This document shows, in pieces, positions 26,415 through 37,252 of a stretch of DNA of 64,000 nt (position 1 is the stretch's first letter; every line of letters begins with the position of its first letter). Source of the stretch: a virus (Duplodnaviria > Caudoviricetes); IMG/VR virus record IMGVR_UViG_3300031963_000042, positions 39,209 to 103,208 of that record; one strand, 5' to 3'. Under the pieces are notes generated by a model. The model was not told the DNA's origin. It did no database searches and saw only the letters and a program-made list of their open reading frames with translations. The position numbers were made by a program, and so were the translations under genes.

Positions 26415-27466
26415 AAATTGGTATAATATATACTAGCTATAATTGTGAAAAATACGTTGATGAAAGTTTAGAGCCTTGGTTAAGATTGAAAGATGAATTC
26501 AACATCATTTTTGCTGCTAACAGTGGAATGTTTAGAGATTATTTATCCGTAGGAATAGAAGAAAAAAACGAAGGAACTTTGCGTAAAATTCTAGAAAAAA
26601 AACTTGATTTCCTTATTACTACATCCGGTAAAAATTTATTAGGTGAAGATGCTAGTAGAAATATGTGTTTAGAATATTTAAAACAACAAGATTGTGATAT
26701 TTTATTATTACTAGATGGTGATGAAATTTATACTGAAGACCAAATAAGAGGCATTTTTAAATTTGTGGAGGAAAATCCAGAGTATGATGGGTATTCAATA
26801 AATTTTAAAAATTACACAATAAGACCAGGTTTATTCCAATACGAATATTGCCATAGAAGACTGTTGTGGATGAAAAGAAATGGAGGAATATCTCACTTTC
26901 ATTTTGATAATTATTTTCATTATGTAGAAAATGCGGAATGCAATAGTATTTGTATACCTAAAAATATTGCTTATGTTGATCATTACAGTTGGGTTAATAC
27001 CGATTCTAGAGTGATAGATAAAATTTCATATCAAAATTATAGATATTCTGGTGTTGGGGGTAGTTTACCTATTCACCTTAGATGCGCATTTAGACTAAAC
27101 GATGAAACTGGCCACCTTGAATTTAATGATAAATTCTGGGATTGTTTTTTTGACCAAGTTCCTGTACTTCATGAGATGATAGGAGATAAGTTTTGTTTTG
27201 ATTTTGAAATAGATTTTGATAGGAAGCAAAACACAATTCTAATAAAAAGAAATACGTATACTGGTAAAATATTTGTTAGAATATATAACGGAGATACTAA
27301 CGAATTGATATATGAAACATATATGGACATTCTTGAGAATATAGATTATTGGATTGCACCAATAGGCTATTATGATTTTGAAAATGATCCTAATTTTAAT
27401 AAATTCAAAATACACATAACAGGTGAAAATATTGATCATGAAGAATATATCATAATAAAACCATAA
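26411..27466 (+). CDS. GT-A fold glycosyltransferase
   Basis: YTSYNCE, SRN..L, LLDGDE (DxD), HYSW. Confidence 0.75.
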   Translation: MKIGIIYTSYNCEKYVDESLEPWLRLKDEFNIIFAANSGMFRDYLSVGIEEKNEGTLRKILEKKLDFLITTSGKNLLGEDASRNMCLEYLKQQDCDILLLLDGDEIYTEDQIRGIFKFVEENPEYDGYSINFKNYTIRPGLFQYEYCHRRLLWMKRNGGISHFHFDNYFHYVENAECNSICIPKNIAYVDHYSWVNTDSRVIDKISYQNYRYSGVGGSLPIHLRCAFRLNDETGHLEFNDKFWDCFFDQVPVLHEMIGDKFCFDFEIDFDRKQNTILIKRNTYTGKIFVRIYNGDTNELIYETYMDILENIDYWIAPIGYYDFENDPNFNKFKIHITGENIDHEEYIIIKP

Positions 27467-27495
27467 TTTATATTTAATTATAAATATAAATTATG

Positions 27496-27529
27496 ATCAA
27501 AAGCCAGAATGTAAATTCTGGCTTTTTTT
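27496..27529. repeat. Hairpin repeat copy 2 (terminator), right border of the sugar cassette
   Basis: ATCAAAAGCCAGAAT-GTAA-ATTCTGGCTTTTTTT; loop is the reverse complement of copy 1. Confidence 0.9.
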
Positions 27530-27578
27530 GTTTATATCAAATATTTCATTTACCTTTGCGTAAAAATAAAAAACAACC

Positions 27579-28037
27579 ATGAACATATTTTATCTTGATT
27601 CTAATGTCGAAAAATGTGCACAATATCATTGCGACAAGCATGTTGTTAAAATGATTCTTGAGTATTCACAATTACTTTGTTCTGTTCATTGGTCTTTGGG
27701 TATTGAGGCTCCATACAAATTGACGCACAAAAATCATCCTTGTTCTATCTGGGCTAGGCAGTCTTTGTCTAATTATAATTATTTGGTTAATCTGGCAATT
27801 GAGCTTTCTGATGAGTACACGTTCCGCTATAACAAGGTCCATAAGTCTAGATCCGTAATTGATTGGTGCTCCGCTAATACCCCTAATTTGCCCGACGTTG
27901 GCTTTACAGAGCTTCCGAAAGCTATGCCTGATGAGTATAAGGTAACGTCTGTTGTAGAGTCTTACAGGAACTATTACAGGGGTGATAAGGTTAATTTTGC
28001 AACATGGAAATATCGAGAGATGCCTGAGTGGTTTTAA
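27579..28037 (+). CDS. Pyrimidine-dimer DNA glycosylase / DenV-related protein
   Basis: MNIFYLD...HCDKHVVKMILE...THKNHPC...AMPDEYK...YRNYY. Confidence 0.8.
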   Translation: MNIFYLDSNVEKCAQYHCDKHVVKMILEYSQLLCSVHWSLGIEAPYKLTHKNHPCSIWARQSLSNYNYLVNLAIELSDEYTFRYNKVHKSRSVIDWCSANTPNLPDVGFTELPKAMPDEYKVTSVVESYRNYYRGDKVNFATWKYREMPEWF

Positions 28038-28056
28038 CTATTAAACTTTAAAAAGT

Positions 28057-28656
28057 ATGCTTGAATTTAAAAAAACAAAAAACGAAAAAACTCCAGACGT
28101 TTTTATATTCTCAGATCCGCATTATAACCATCGAAATTTATGCCGGTGGATCAGTAATTGGGAGGGGGAATCATATGAAAAAACCAGGAATTACTATACC
28201 CTGGAAGATATGAATAATTCCATATTAAAAGGAATTAATTCTACTGTTGATCCAGATGATATTCTAATCTGTCTTGGTGATTGGTCTTTTAATGGTATAG
28301 AATCAGCGATCGAGTTTCGAGAAAAAATTGCCTGTAAAACAGTTCATCTGGTTCTTGGTAATCATGATAATATCATTGCGAAGAATACTAACGATGTTAA
28401 AAGTATTTTTACGTCTGTTGAATTTTATCAAGAATTGAATATCTTTTCTGAAAAATTTATGTTGATGCATTACCCTATTGAGTCCTGGAACGGAATGAGA
28501 AAATCAGTATGTCATTTGCACGGTCACATGCATTATTATTCTGATAAAAGAATCACAGGTAAAAATCGCATGGATGTAGGGTTAGATGGGCATCCTGAGT
28601 TTAGACCATATCACATTATGGATGAAATTATCCCGATCCTAAAAGTTACTGATTAG
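28057..28656 (+). CDS. Calcineurin-like metallophosphoesterase
   Basis: SDPH, LGD, GNHD, HYP, HGHMH. Confidence 0.92.
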   Translation: MLEFKKTKNEKTPDVFIFSDPHYNHRNLCRWISNWEGESYEKTRNYYTLEDMNNSILKGINSTVDPDDILICLGDWSFNGIESAIEFREKIACKTVHLVLGNHDNIIAKNTNDVKSIFTSVEFYQELNIFSEKFMLMHYPIESWNGMRKSVCHLHGHMHYYSDKRITGKNRMDVGLDGHPEFRPYHIMDEIIPILKVTD

Positions 28657-28729
28657 TAAAAAAAAAAGCTCAGCAAACGCTGAGCTTTTTTTGTTTTTGA
28701 ATATTTATTGTAATATTTTATTTTTTAAT

Positions 28730-29329
28730 ATGGAAATAACTGAAATTATTGTTGCAGTAATAAGTGGTATTATTGGCCCAATATTACTTCTTGTGCTTAA
28801 AGATAAGTACGAGAATCGTAAGAAAAAAAATGATGTCGTTGTTGACGCTTTAATCCTAAGTGAAAAAGTCATGGATAAGCTGGAATATATTAAGGACGAA
28901 TTTGAAGCCGATAGAGTATGGATAGCACAATTTCACAATGGGGGTAATTTTTATCCTACAGGTAAATCGATAGCAAAATTTAGCATAATATACGAAACCG
29001 TTAATTTAAACGTTGCATCAATTCAATCTAATTTCCAAAACATACCGGTAACGTTATTTAGCAAATCAATAAATCAATTATATGAAAACGACATAATCGC
29101 CATACAAGATTATACAGACGATAATGTTTTAACATATGGCCTAAAGTATATTGCTGAAGAATCCGGATGTAAATCAGGTTATTTATTTGCAATAAAGACA
29201 ATTGATCATAAATTTATTGGTATATTAGGCCTTGATATTACAAAAAGTGTCCGTAATTTTGATCAAATGCAGATTTTACATCTCAGTAATCATGCTGCCA
29301 GTCTTGGCGGTGTTCTTAATACTCGATAG
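28730..29329 (+). CDS. Single-TM plus GAF-like domain protein, possible T4 holin T-like
   Basis: N-terminal TM, ADRVWIAQFHNGG, FIGILGLD. Confidence 0.55.
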   Translation: MEITEIIVAVISGIIGPILLLVLKDKYENRKKKNDVVVDALILSEKVMDKLEYIKDEFEADRVWIAQFHNGGNFYPTGKSIAKFSIIYETVNLNVASIQSNFQNIPVTLFSKSINQLYENDIIAIQDYTDDNVLTYGLKYIAEESGCKSGYLFAIKTIDHKFIGILGLDITKSVRNFDQMQILHLSNHAASLGGVLNTR

Positions 29330-30173
29330 ACTCATCACGAAATAGCTTGTATATTTCATCTTCGATGAAATCCGGGTCATATAGTCTTATATTTAAAAAT
29401 TTATTATATCTGTCATCTGCTCTTAATTTAACATCAGAAGAATCGAATTGTTTTAGAACAAATGTCTTATTGTGGTATTTTTCATCGATACTAAGACATA
29501 TAGTATTATTTACATAATCACCATAATCTTCAACTACTATACTTAAGCAATAGTTTTTTCCGCAAAAAAATTTAATATCATCATTTTCCCTTAGTTCACT
29601 AAATGGAATATGTTCATTTTTTTCTAATTTTTTCCTGATGTAATTATTAACATCATTGTTTAGCGAGTACGCAGCATAGACATGTATATCAACATACGGC
29701 TCGCCATCTATTCTTCCTCCTTCGCAATCAGGGCAGCTTATCTCACCTAAACCTTCACATTCACTGCATTCTATATGACCTTCACCGCTACAACCTGGGC
29801 ATACCTCACCATCTTCAATTTCAGAGCAATATGGGCATTCTATTAGCCCATAAGAACAGTTATCACAGTCATAAAACCCTTTATTGCAGCTACAAGAATA
29901 TGAGTAATTTGTTTGTGAAAAACTTACAAAATATGTAAATCTAATATCCTTAATAATTCTGTTAATAATAGAATCTAAGTACGGGTCATTTTTATGGTGA
30001 TTAAAAACTAAATTACCCAAAAATAACGTTGTTGTGTCAAATCCGGATCTTAACATGGATTGAAATATTTTCGAACCAAAAATATCAAATTCAGAGCCAA
30101 GCCCAATAAGTTTATAATTTCTTTTTTTAAGAAGATTATATACCACCTTTACAGATTTATTGTTTATTTTCAT
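29316..30173 (-). CDS. DnaJ-type CxxCxGxG zinc-finger paralog 4
   Basis: CPGCSGEG, CSECEGLG, CPDCEGG. Confidence 0.8.
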   Translation of the reverse strand: MKINNKSVKVVYNLLKKRNYKLIGLGSEFDIFGSKIFQSMLRSGFDTTTLFLGNLVFNHHKNDPYLDSIINRIIKDIRFTYFVSFSQTNYSYSCSCNKGFYDCDNCSYGLIECPYCSEIEDGEVCPGCSGEGHIECSECEGLGEISCPDCEGGRIDGEPYVDIHVYAAYSLNNDVNNYIRKKLEKNEHIPFSELRENDDIKFFCGKNYCLSIVVEDYGDYVNNTICLSIDEKYHNKTFVLKQFDSSDVKLRADDRYNKFLNIRLYDPDFIEDEIYKLFRDESIEY

Positions 30174-31069
30174 TCTTTACAAAAATTACTTTTTAAAATG
30201 CTGGTTATACTGGGTTTAGTGCGTAGATAAAATGTTGTATGATTTAAAGTTAATAAAATGTTAGGATCAAATAAATCGTATACGCCAATAACATAGCTAT
30301 TGGCGTAATATTTTTCATCTATATCGAAATTTATCGCACCATCATAATCATAATATGAAAGGGTGAAATCTTCGACGTTCATTCTCATTTGACCAACATT
30401 TACGTTTTTATTAAATATTAATTTATCCATTTCAATAAGAAAATCTTCATAATCGCCTTCATTATTATACTCTATAAACTGATAGGTTAACCTATCATTT
30501 AATTCCTCTTTCATTGAATAGTAACCAATAACATCTATTTCTGTGAAATCATTTGTAGATAAATAACCTGCCCCATCGCACTCATCACACAAAATATAAC
30601 TATCACCCTCACAATTTCCACAACCAATCTCACCACTACCCAAGCATAGTTCACAATCAATTATTTCCTCAGTCTCTTCATCAGCTTGATTTCCTGTACC
30701 ATTGCAACTATCACACTTTATAGTTCCTGCACCATCGCATAGGCCACATTCATGATAACCATCTTCACAAGAACAGCCAATAGTACTATTTTTTTCGCTA
30801 AATTCAACGACAACAAATATTCTTAAATTTTTAAGAATGAAATTCAATGTCTCCTCTGGAGGTTCATATGAGTTTAACATAATTGAAAGAAGGTTTATAA
30901 TAAAAATTGTTTTATCGTCAAAACTATTTTTAATAGTTTTAGAAATAGCTGTAGATAATGTGCCATAAAATTTAATATAGTTATTATGGCTTATATTATG
31001 CTCATAATCTCTAGAGTTTCTAAGTCTTTTAGCTAAATTTATTACTATTTTTTTAGTACTTGGTGTCAT
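30170..31069 (-). CDS. DnaJ-type zinc-finger paralog 3
   Basis: CGLCDGAG, CDSCNGTG, CELCLGSG, CDECDGAG. Confidence 0.8.
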   Translation of the reverse strand: MTPSTKKIVINLAKRLRNSRDYEHNISHNNYIKFYGTLSTAISKTIKNSFDDKTIFIINLLSIMLNSYEPPEETLNFILKNLRIFVVVEFSEKNSTIGCSCEDGYHECGLCDGAGTIKCDSCNGTGNQADEETEEIIDCELCLGSGEIGCGNCEGDSYILCDECDGAGYLSTNDFTEIDVIGYYSMKEELNDRLTYQFIEYNNEGDYEDFLIEMDKLIFNKNVNVGQMRMNVEDFTLSYYDYDGAINFDIDEKYYANSYVIGVYDLFDPNILLTLNHTTFYLRTKPSITSILKSNFCKE

Positions 31070-31072
31070 ATC

Positions 31073-31939
31073 TTAAGTAAAATGAGTTTCTAATATTGAT
31101 TCTATTCTAGGATCGAAATCAACCATAAAATAGGTTTCGTTTATACTTAGTATTATTTTCGGGTCAAATAAATCAAAAACGCCTAAAACATATGACTTAC
31201 CATAATAATCTTCACTAATTTCAAAATTTATCACACCAGAACCAAAATTTTCATGATTAACGTCAAAATCTTCCAATATATCAAAGTAATGCGTATTTTT
31301 AACATTAATATTACCAGCATTCTTAGGTTTGCTTTTTTTACCATCAATATTTAATGCTAAGTCAGAATAAATATCAATAGATTCCCGGTCTAAGGTAAAG
31401 AAAGAATAAGGTTTTATCTCAGCATAAGGTCCTTCCTTATAATAACCACGTCCATTGCAATCGTTACAGTCATAAAAGCCTTCACCTCCACAATAATTAC
31501 AAGGAAGCTCTCCTGAGCCAGAACATTGTTCACATTCATATACTTCATCATCATCCTCAAAAGTTAATGAACCCTCTCCATCACAATGATCGCATGTAAT
31601 TGTCCCCCTTGAGCATTCATCGCAAGGAAATGTTCCAGAATCACAATAACAATAAACATCATCTAATCTATCACTAATATGAACAACTAAAAATATTTTT
31701 AAGTTATCCAGTACTCGTTTTAGCGTTATTTCAGGTGGTTCTAATTCATTTAATTCGTCCGCAAGTACACTTATCAGCAATACAAATTTAGGCGAAAAAC
31801 TGTTTTTAATAGTTTTAGCTAATGCCGAATAAATAGGTATAGGAAATTTTACTCTATAACCTTGTTTGTAGCCTTTAGAAGATTTTAAACGTTTAGCTAC
31901 AGTTATTAACGCTTTTTTATTTATGTTATTATTGCTCAT
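31073..31939 (-). CDS. DnaJ-type zinc-finger paralog 2
   Basis: CDHCDGEG, CEQCSGSG, CNYCGGEG, CNDCNGRG. Confidence 0.8.
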   Translation of the reverse strand: MSNNNINKKALITVAKRLKSSKGYKQGYRVKFPIPIYSALAKTIKNSFSPKFVLLISVLADELNELEPPEITLKRVLDNLKIFLVVHISDRLDDVYCYCDSGTFPCDECSRGTITCDHCDGEGSLTFEDDDEVYECEQCSGSGELPCNYCGGEGFYDCNDCNGRGYYKEGPYAEIKPYSFFTLDRESIDIYSDLALNIDGKKSKPKNAGNINVKNTHYFDILEDFDVNHENFGSGVINFEISEDYYGKSYVLGVFDLFDPKIILSINETYFMVDFDPRIESILETHFT

Positions 31940-32758
31940 TTATGTAAATAAATTTTCTATCATATCGGATACTTTATATATATCTTTAAAAGTAACCAGA
32001 AATAATCTATTCAAAATGTTATTTTTAATGATTAAATCATCATCATATAAGTCATTTATAGTTAATAAGTATTTGTTTCCACAGTATTTCTTATGAATCA
32101 TCGCGCAGATTTCGTCGCCATCTTCGTAATTTCTATCTTCAAAAAATCCATTGACTAATTCTTGGGTGTTTTCTTTTGATAACAAATTTTCTATTGGCTT
32201 TTTATTCTGTAAGGCATCCTCAAACTTATTTTTGTTTGTACTAGAAATAAACACTAAAGAAGAAATTTCGTAGTTACAATAAGATTCTGATTTAACATAA
32301 CCCTCACCTTCACAGTTTTCGCATGGGATAAATGTTGTTCCATAACATTCCGGGCATTCTACTTCTCTGCTACCTTTGCACCTTCTGCAAGATCTATCTC
32401 CAGTGTATTTGCAATCAGGGCATTTAATATTCCCAGTATCACAATCGCAGAAAAGTTGTTTACCCCCATTACATTTTCGACACAAAATTTTATTTAACGC
32501 ATTACTAAATGTAACAATTACCCCTATTCTAATATTATTTTTTACTCGCGTAATAGTCTCCTCAATTGACTCATTATCATTTAATTCAATATAAATTATT
32601 GCGATTAATAGTAATGTCTTACTATCAATAGAGGTTAATAATGTTTTCAAAAAGATATTCGACCCCCAGTATTTCATACTTAGAATTGAGTATGGGTGTT
32701 TAGATATCTCTTTTCGTTGAAATTGCTTCAATAATTTAACTATTAATTGGTTATTCAT
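31940..32758 (-). CDS. DnaJ-type zinc-finger paralog 1
   Basis: CRKCNGG, CRRCKGS, CPECYG, CENCEGEG. Confidence 0.8.
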   Translation of the reverse strand: MNNQLIVKLLKQFQRKEISKHPYSILSMKYWGSNIFLKTLLTSIDSKTLLLIAIIYIELNDNESIEETITRVKNNIRIGVIVTFSNALNKILCRKCNGGKQLFCDCDTGNIKCPDCKYTGDRSCRRCKGSREVECPECYGTTFIPCENCEGEGYVKSESYCNYEISSLVFISSTNKNKFEDALQNKKPIENLLSKENTQELVNGFFEDRNYEDGDEICAMIHKKYCGNKYLLTINDLYDDDLIIKNNILNRLFLVTFKDIYKVSDMIENLFT

Positions 32759-32826
32759 TTTAGATAGTAATTAACTATAAATATTATATATAGTAGAAAA
32801 GCCAAAACAATCGTCTTGGCTTTTTG

Positions 32827-33089
32827 TGGAGGCGGAGGCATCGAAGCCTCGTCTTGCCCGTAAAATAATTAAACATCTACACGTTTAGGATGCCATTAAT
32901 ATTCTGGCCCAGGATATTATTAAAAATAAGACTAAACTAAAACTGTTGAATCGTCATATTTAACGATTCCGTTCAAAACTAAATTGTCAATAATGTTGCC
33001 ATTTGTTGTGTTGAATTGTTTTTAAGAGTACAATACAAACTCTACGTGCATTTAATTACGTTTAACGTCAATCAATTCCTTTCGCCCCC
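32827..33089 (-). ncRNA. ssrA: tmRNA (263 nt)
   Basis: 5' GGGGGCG pairs with 3' CGCCTCC-A (G3:U70), GAC-GAGGC-TTCGAT-GCCTC T arm, tag ORF 33000-32932, -7 promoter at 33108-33115, terminator 32797-32825. Confidence 0.9.
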
Positions 33090-33202
33090 TTGTTTATAAA
33101 CTTTACGCAAAGATATAAATATTTTATTTATTACGCAAATAAACCTTTCGGTTTATTTTAAATATAACTTGTTTAATATTTATTGTAAAATAATATAATA
33201 AA

Positions 33203-34264
33203 ATGTTATCAGAAAAAATTATCGATTTTTTAAACAAAGATATATCAAAATCTGAATTAATTAAATTTTTATATATAGAAAGTGATGGGAATTACAATAT
33301 AAGTATTTTAGGTAATTATTTACTTGTTTTTGATTTAAAATCAGATCTTAATTATTTAGTAGAAATTATTAAAAATGATGATGGGTTTAAAAGTGATAAA
33401 GAATATGAATTTTTTAGCAGAGTGTTAAATCAGTATTATAACCTGGCAAGTTATTATAACATTGATGATCGGGCATACTCTGATAGTTATGAATATGTTA
33501 CGGAAGACAATTATCTTTGTGATATATATTCTACTCGTGTTCAGGAAAAAATTTCTGAATATGCTAGAAAATTGGGACTTAGTGAATGTCAGGATTTAAT
33601 AAAATTATTTGATAAATATATTAATTATGATAGGATTTCAGACGAACATGCATCACAACGTATTGATGATTATTCTAATATAACTTTTAGTAGTGTTGAA
33701 AATACCTTAGAAACATTTTTGAGGTTAATATTAGGGTTTACTGTGTTAAATCGGAATGAAAAAACATATTATATTAGTCTAACCAAACTTTTGAGAATAT
33801 TAAAAGTTTTTGAAAACATCCACGATCAAACGTATGAAACATTCACAGAATACATTTCTAAGGTTTACTATAATACAACCTCAATAGATGAAGATTTTGT
33901 ATACGAATACATAGATGAGTGTTTTTGGGAGACATCTGTAACAGATAGTGAAGCCTATGAAAAAGTTATTATTGATGTGTTAGAGGATGCTTATATTGAA
34001 GTATTAGAACAACGCAGGGATATTAAAGAATTTAATGAAATTATTAATTTCATCGAAAAAAAATTAAAAATTGAGATAGGTTATATGGTTTATCACCCAT
34101 TACCAAAAAATCCTAAAATTGAGTTTAGAGTTAAATCCATATCAGAAGATAATAAAATTTTGGTACTGTATAAAAATGTTGATGAGTATTTACCTAAAAG
34201 TGCTCAATTATCATTTGATAATTTCAAATTATTTCTTTATCATCCAGAATTAGATCTAAAATAG
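33203..34264 (+). CDS. Acidic Tyr-rich hypothetical protein
   Basis: ORF track; TATTTAT at 33177. Confidence 0.7.
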   Translation: MLSEKIIDFLNKDISKSELIKFLYIESDGNYNISILGNYLLVFDLKSDLNYLVEIIKNDDGFKSDKEYEFFSRVLNQYYNLASYYNIDDRAYSDSYEYVTEDNYLCDIYSTRVQEKISEYARKLGLSECQDLIKLFDKYINYDRISDEHASQRIDDYSNITFSSVENTLETFLRLILGFTVLNRNEKTYYISLTKLLRILKVFENIHDQTYETFTEYISKVYYNTTSIDEDFVYEYIDECFWETSVTDSEAYEKVIIDVLEDAYIEVLEQRRDIKEFNEIINFIEKKLKIEIGYMVYHPLPKNPKIEFRVKSISEDNKILVLYKNVDEYLPKSAQLSFDNFKLFLYHPELDLK

Positions 34265-34270
34265 AAAAAA

Positions 34271-35128
34271 ATGGATACAAACAGTGTTTTACTTTTGAAA
34301 AAAATTTTGTCAGTCCCTACAAAAACAGGAAAAGAGGATTTAATGGTCAAATTCATTACAGAATGGCTATTAGAAAATAACATACATTATTATGTTGATG
34401 TGCATAAGAATATTTATGCTACAAAATTAGACTCACAATCAGATGCAAACAAAGATCAAATATTCCCATGTGTCATCTCCCATACAGATACCGTTCATGG
34501 AATTGACACTATTAATGTTGTCGAAGAATACAAGCTAAATGCGCAAAAACAACGAAAATTAGCATTGACAGCTTATAATGATCTTGGCTGGGCAACAGGT
34601 ATTGGTGGTGATGATAAATGCGGTGTGTTTGCTTGTTTGACTTTGCTAAAGGAACTTCCAGTACTTAAAGCAGCTTTTTTTGTTTCTGAAGAAAATGGTT
34701 GCAACGGATCTAAGTTCGCAGATCCAGAATTCTTTAAAAACGTAGGCTATGCAATACAATTTGACGCACCGGAAAACAATCTTGTAACAGAAACTTGTTT
34801 TGGGGTTAAATTGTTTGATAGAGATAGCGAATTTTTCAAAAAATGTGATAATGTAATAAAAGAAAATTATGTAAGTGAGGTTAAATACATGAATCATCCA
34901 TATACTGATGTGTATGCCTTGAAAAAGATTTTTGATTTTTCATGTCTTAATTTATCAATAGGTTACTATGATTATCACACATCAAAAGAATATGTAGTTA
35001 TTGAGGATGTCTTTAATGGAATTAATGTTGGTAGGAATTTGATCGCCTTACTAGGATGTGAAAAATATAAATATGAATGGACAGATAAATTTCAGTTAGG
35101 AAGCGGATCTTTAGCGTCAATTTTTTAG
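34271..35128 (+). CDS. M20/M28/M42-type zinc aminopeptidase
   Basis: SHTDTV, GGDDKCG, SEENG, QFD, YHT..E. Confidence 0.88.
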   Translation: MDTNSVLLLKKILSVPTKTGKEDLMVKFITEWLLENNIHYYVDVHKNIYATKLDSQSDANKDQIFPCVISHTDTVHGIDTINVVEEYKLNAQKQRKLALTAYNDLGWATGIGGDDKCGVFACLTLLKELPVLKAAFFVSEENGCNGSKFADPEFFKNVGYAIQFDAPENNLVTETCFGVKLFDRDSEFFKKCDNVIKENYVSEVKYMNHPYTDVYALKKIFDFSCLNLSIGYYDYHTSKEYVVIEDVFNGINVGRNLIALLGCEKYKYEWTDKFQLGSGSLASIF

Positions 35129-35183
35129 TAAAAAATATAATAAATAAAACCCCCAATTTGAGATTCAAACTGGGGGTTTTATT

Positions 35184-37187
35184 TTATATTATCACAATTT
35201 CATTATTCTCGTACTTAACAGTATACTCTGTATTTTCAAGCATTGTATCATACAGGATACCATCTGAGATCTTATTTTCAAGATTAAACGTGATAGCTCG
35301 TTTTATGGGCCTAGCTCCAAATTCTGGATCAAATCCTACTTTTGATATGTAGTCAATAACTGACTCATCAAAATTTAGCTTATAATTTAAATCCTCCATT
35401 CTAGTCTTAAGTTCATTTATCTCGATTTTAACCACTTTTTTAATATCAGCTTCTGATAGAGAATTAAAATAAACAATGTCATCAATTCTATTAAGAAATT
35501 CTGGGGCAAAGAAATTTTTAAGTTCTTTCTTTAGATAACTCTTTCTTTCTTCATCTTGTTTGTACGCATCTGCTGGCTTTGAAAAGCCAATACCACCACC
35601 TAAGTCTTGGAATCGTTTAATCCCCAGGTTTGACGTCATAATTATAATGCAATTTTTAAAATTGATAGTTTTACCTAATGCATCTGTAATATGACCATCA
35701 TCAAGTATTTGCAGTAGTAATGAGAAAATATTCTTATGAGCTTTTTCTATTTCATCCAGAAGAACAACAGAATATGGTTGATTTTTAACTTTTTCTGTCA
35801 ATTGTCCACCTTCTTCATATCCTACAAATGATGGCGGAGCACCGATCAATCTAGATATTGTATGTTGTTCTTGATATTCACTCATATCAAGTCTTATCAA
35901 GTTATCCTCACTACCAAACATTTCTTTTGCCAGTTTTTTCGCTAGATGAGTTTTACCAACACCTGTTGGGCCTAAGAAAATAAATGATCCGATAGGTTTC
36001 TTAGAGTCTTTTACACCAATTCTATTTCTCTTAATAGATTCAGAAATCAGTTTAACAGCATCTTTTTGACCGATTACCTGCTCAGATAGTACGCTATCAA
36101 GGTTTTTTAGAACATTTTTCTGATTAACATCAAGTTTAGATATTGGGATGTTGGTCATATTTGAAACTACATCATAAACAGAATCTAATGTGACGATTTT
36201 TTTGTCTTCAGACATTGATTTTTGAAATTTTTCTTTTTCAGCATCTAGCTTGGCAAGAATTTTCTTTTCTTTATCCCTCAGTTCTGCTGCTTCTTCGTAA
36301 TTTTGGTTTCTAACGACATCAATCTTTTTATTTTTAATCTCTTGGGCTTTAGCCTTAAGCTCGTCAATAATTTCAGGAGTTTTAATAGTTATTTGATACC
36401 TAGCCCCCAATTCATCCATGACATCAATTGCTTTATCTGGAAATTCTCTATTTGGCATATATCTATCAGCCAATTTAACACAGGCCATTAGAACTTCATC
36501 AGAAAAGGTAACTTTGTGATGAGATTCATATCTTCCAGCAATATTTTTAAGTATCTCATACGTTTCAGAGATGCTTGACCCATTTACGGTAACTTTTTGA
36601 AACCTCCGGTCCAAAGCACCATCTTTTTCGATATGCTTTTTGTATTCATCAAATGTAGTTGCCCCAATGCACTGTAGTTCACCTCTAGCCATAGCTGGCT
36701 TAAAAATATTTGAGGCGTCAAGAGAACCGGAAGAATTTCCAGCACCAACCATAGTATGAATTTCATCAATAAAGATAATAATGTGTGGGTTAGCTTTAAG
36801 CTCTTGCATTATTACTTTCATTCTCTCTTCAAATTGCCCTCTATATTTTGTTCCGGCAACTACGGAAGTTAGATCTAGTGTATAGATTTTTTTGTCTACT
36901 AGATTTCTAGGGCAATTACCTTCAACAATTTTCATAGCTAGGCCTTCGACGATTGCTGTTTTACCGCAGCCAGGATCACCAATAAGAATAGGGTTATTTT
37001 TCTTTCGTCTAGAAAGGATTTGAGCTATTCTTAGAATTTCCTTTTCTCTACCGACAACAGGATCCAGTTTACCTTCCTCAGCCATTTTGTTTAGGTCTCG
37101 GCAGAAATTATCCAAAGCAGGGGTATCGCTATCAGATGATCTACTTAATTTTTTACTCGTTTGATTTTCATCCATTTCGTCTATCAT
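35184..37187 (-). CDS. clpC: ClpC-like AAA+ ATPase lacking the N-terminal Clp repeat domain
   Basis: [10 protein letters not shown] near the N-terminus, [15 protein letters not shown]-type M domain [22 protein letters not shown] ClpP-docking loop, GARP. Confidence 0.93.
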   Translation of the reverse strand: MIDEMDENQTSKKLSRSSDSDTPALDNFCRDLNKMAEEGKLDPVVGREKEILRIAQILSRRKKNNPILIGDPGCGKTAIVEGLAMKIVEGNCPRNLVDKKIYTLDLTSVVAGTKYRGQFEERMKVIMQELKANPHIIIFIDEIHTMVGAGNSSGSLDASNIFKPAMARGELQCIGATTFDEYKKHIEKDGALDRRFQKVTVNGSSISETYEILKNIAGRYESHHKVTFSDEVLMACVKLADRYMPNREFPDKAIDVMDELGARYQITIKTPEIIDELKAKAQEIKNKKIDVVRNQNYEEAAELRDKEKKILAKLDAEKEKFQKSMSEDKKIVTLDSVYDVVSNMTNIPISKLDVNQKNVLKNLDSVLSEQVIGQKDAVKLISESIKRNRIGVKDSKKPIGSFIFLGPTGVGKTHLAKKLAKEMFGSEDNLIRLDMSEYQEQHTISRLIGAPPSFVGYEEGGQLTEKVKNQPYSVVLLDEIEKAHKNIFSLLLQILDDGHITDALGKTINFKNCIIIMTSNLGIKRFQDLGGGIGFSKPADAYKQDEERKSYLKKELKNFFAPEFLNRIDDIVYFNSLSEADIKKVVKIEINELKTRMEDLNYKLNFDESVIDYISKVGFDPEFGARPIKRAITFNLENKISDGILYDTMLENTEYTVKYENNEIVII

Positions 37188-37252
37188 GTTTTTAATGTTT
37201 TTTATAAACTTACAAAAATTGTGCTTAACCGTCAAGTTATACGAATATTATG

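Noticed and set aside
19055-32758. Diversity-generating retroelement behind the paralog arrays
   Set aside because: No reverse transcriptase and no TR/VR pair differing only at adenines
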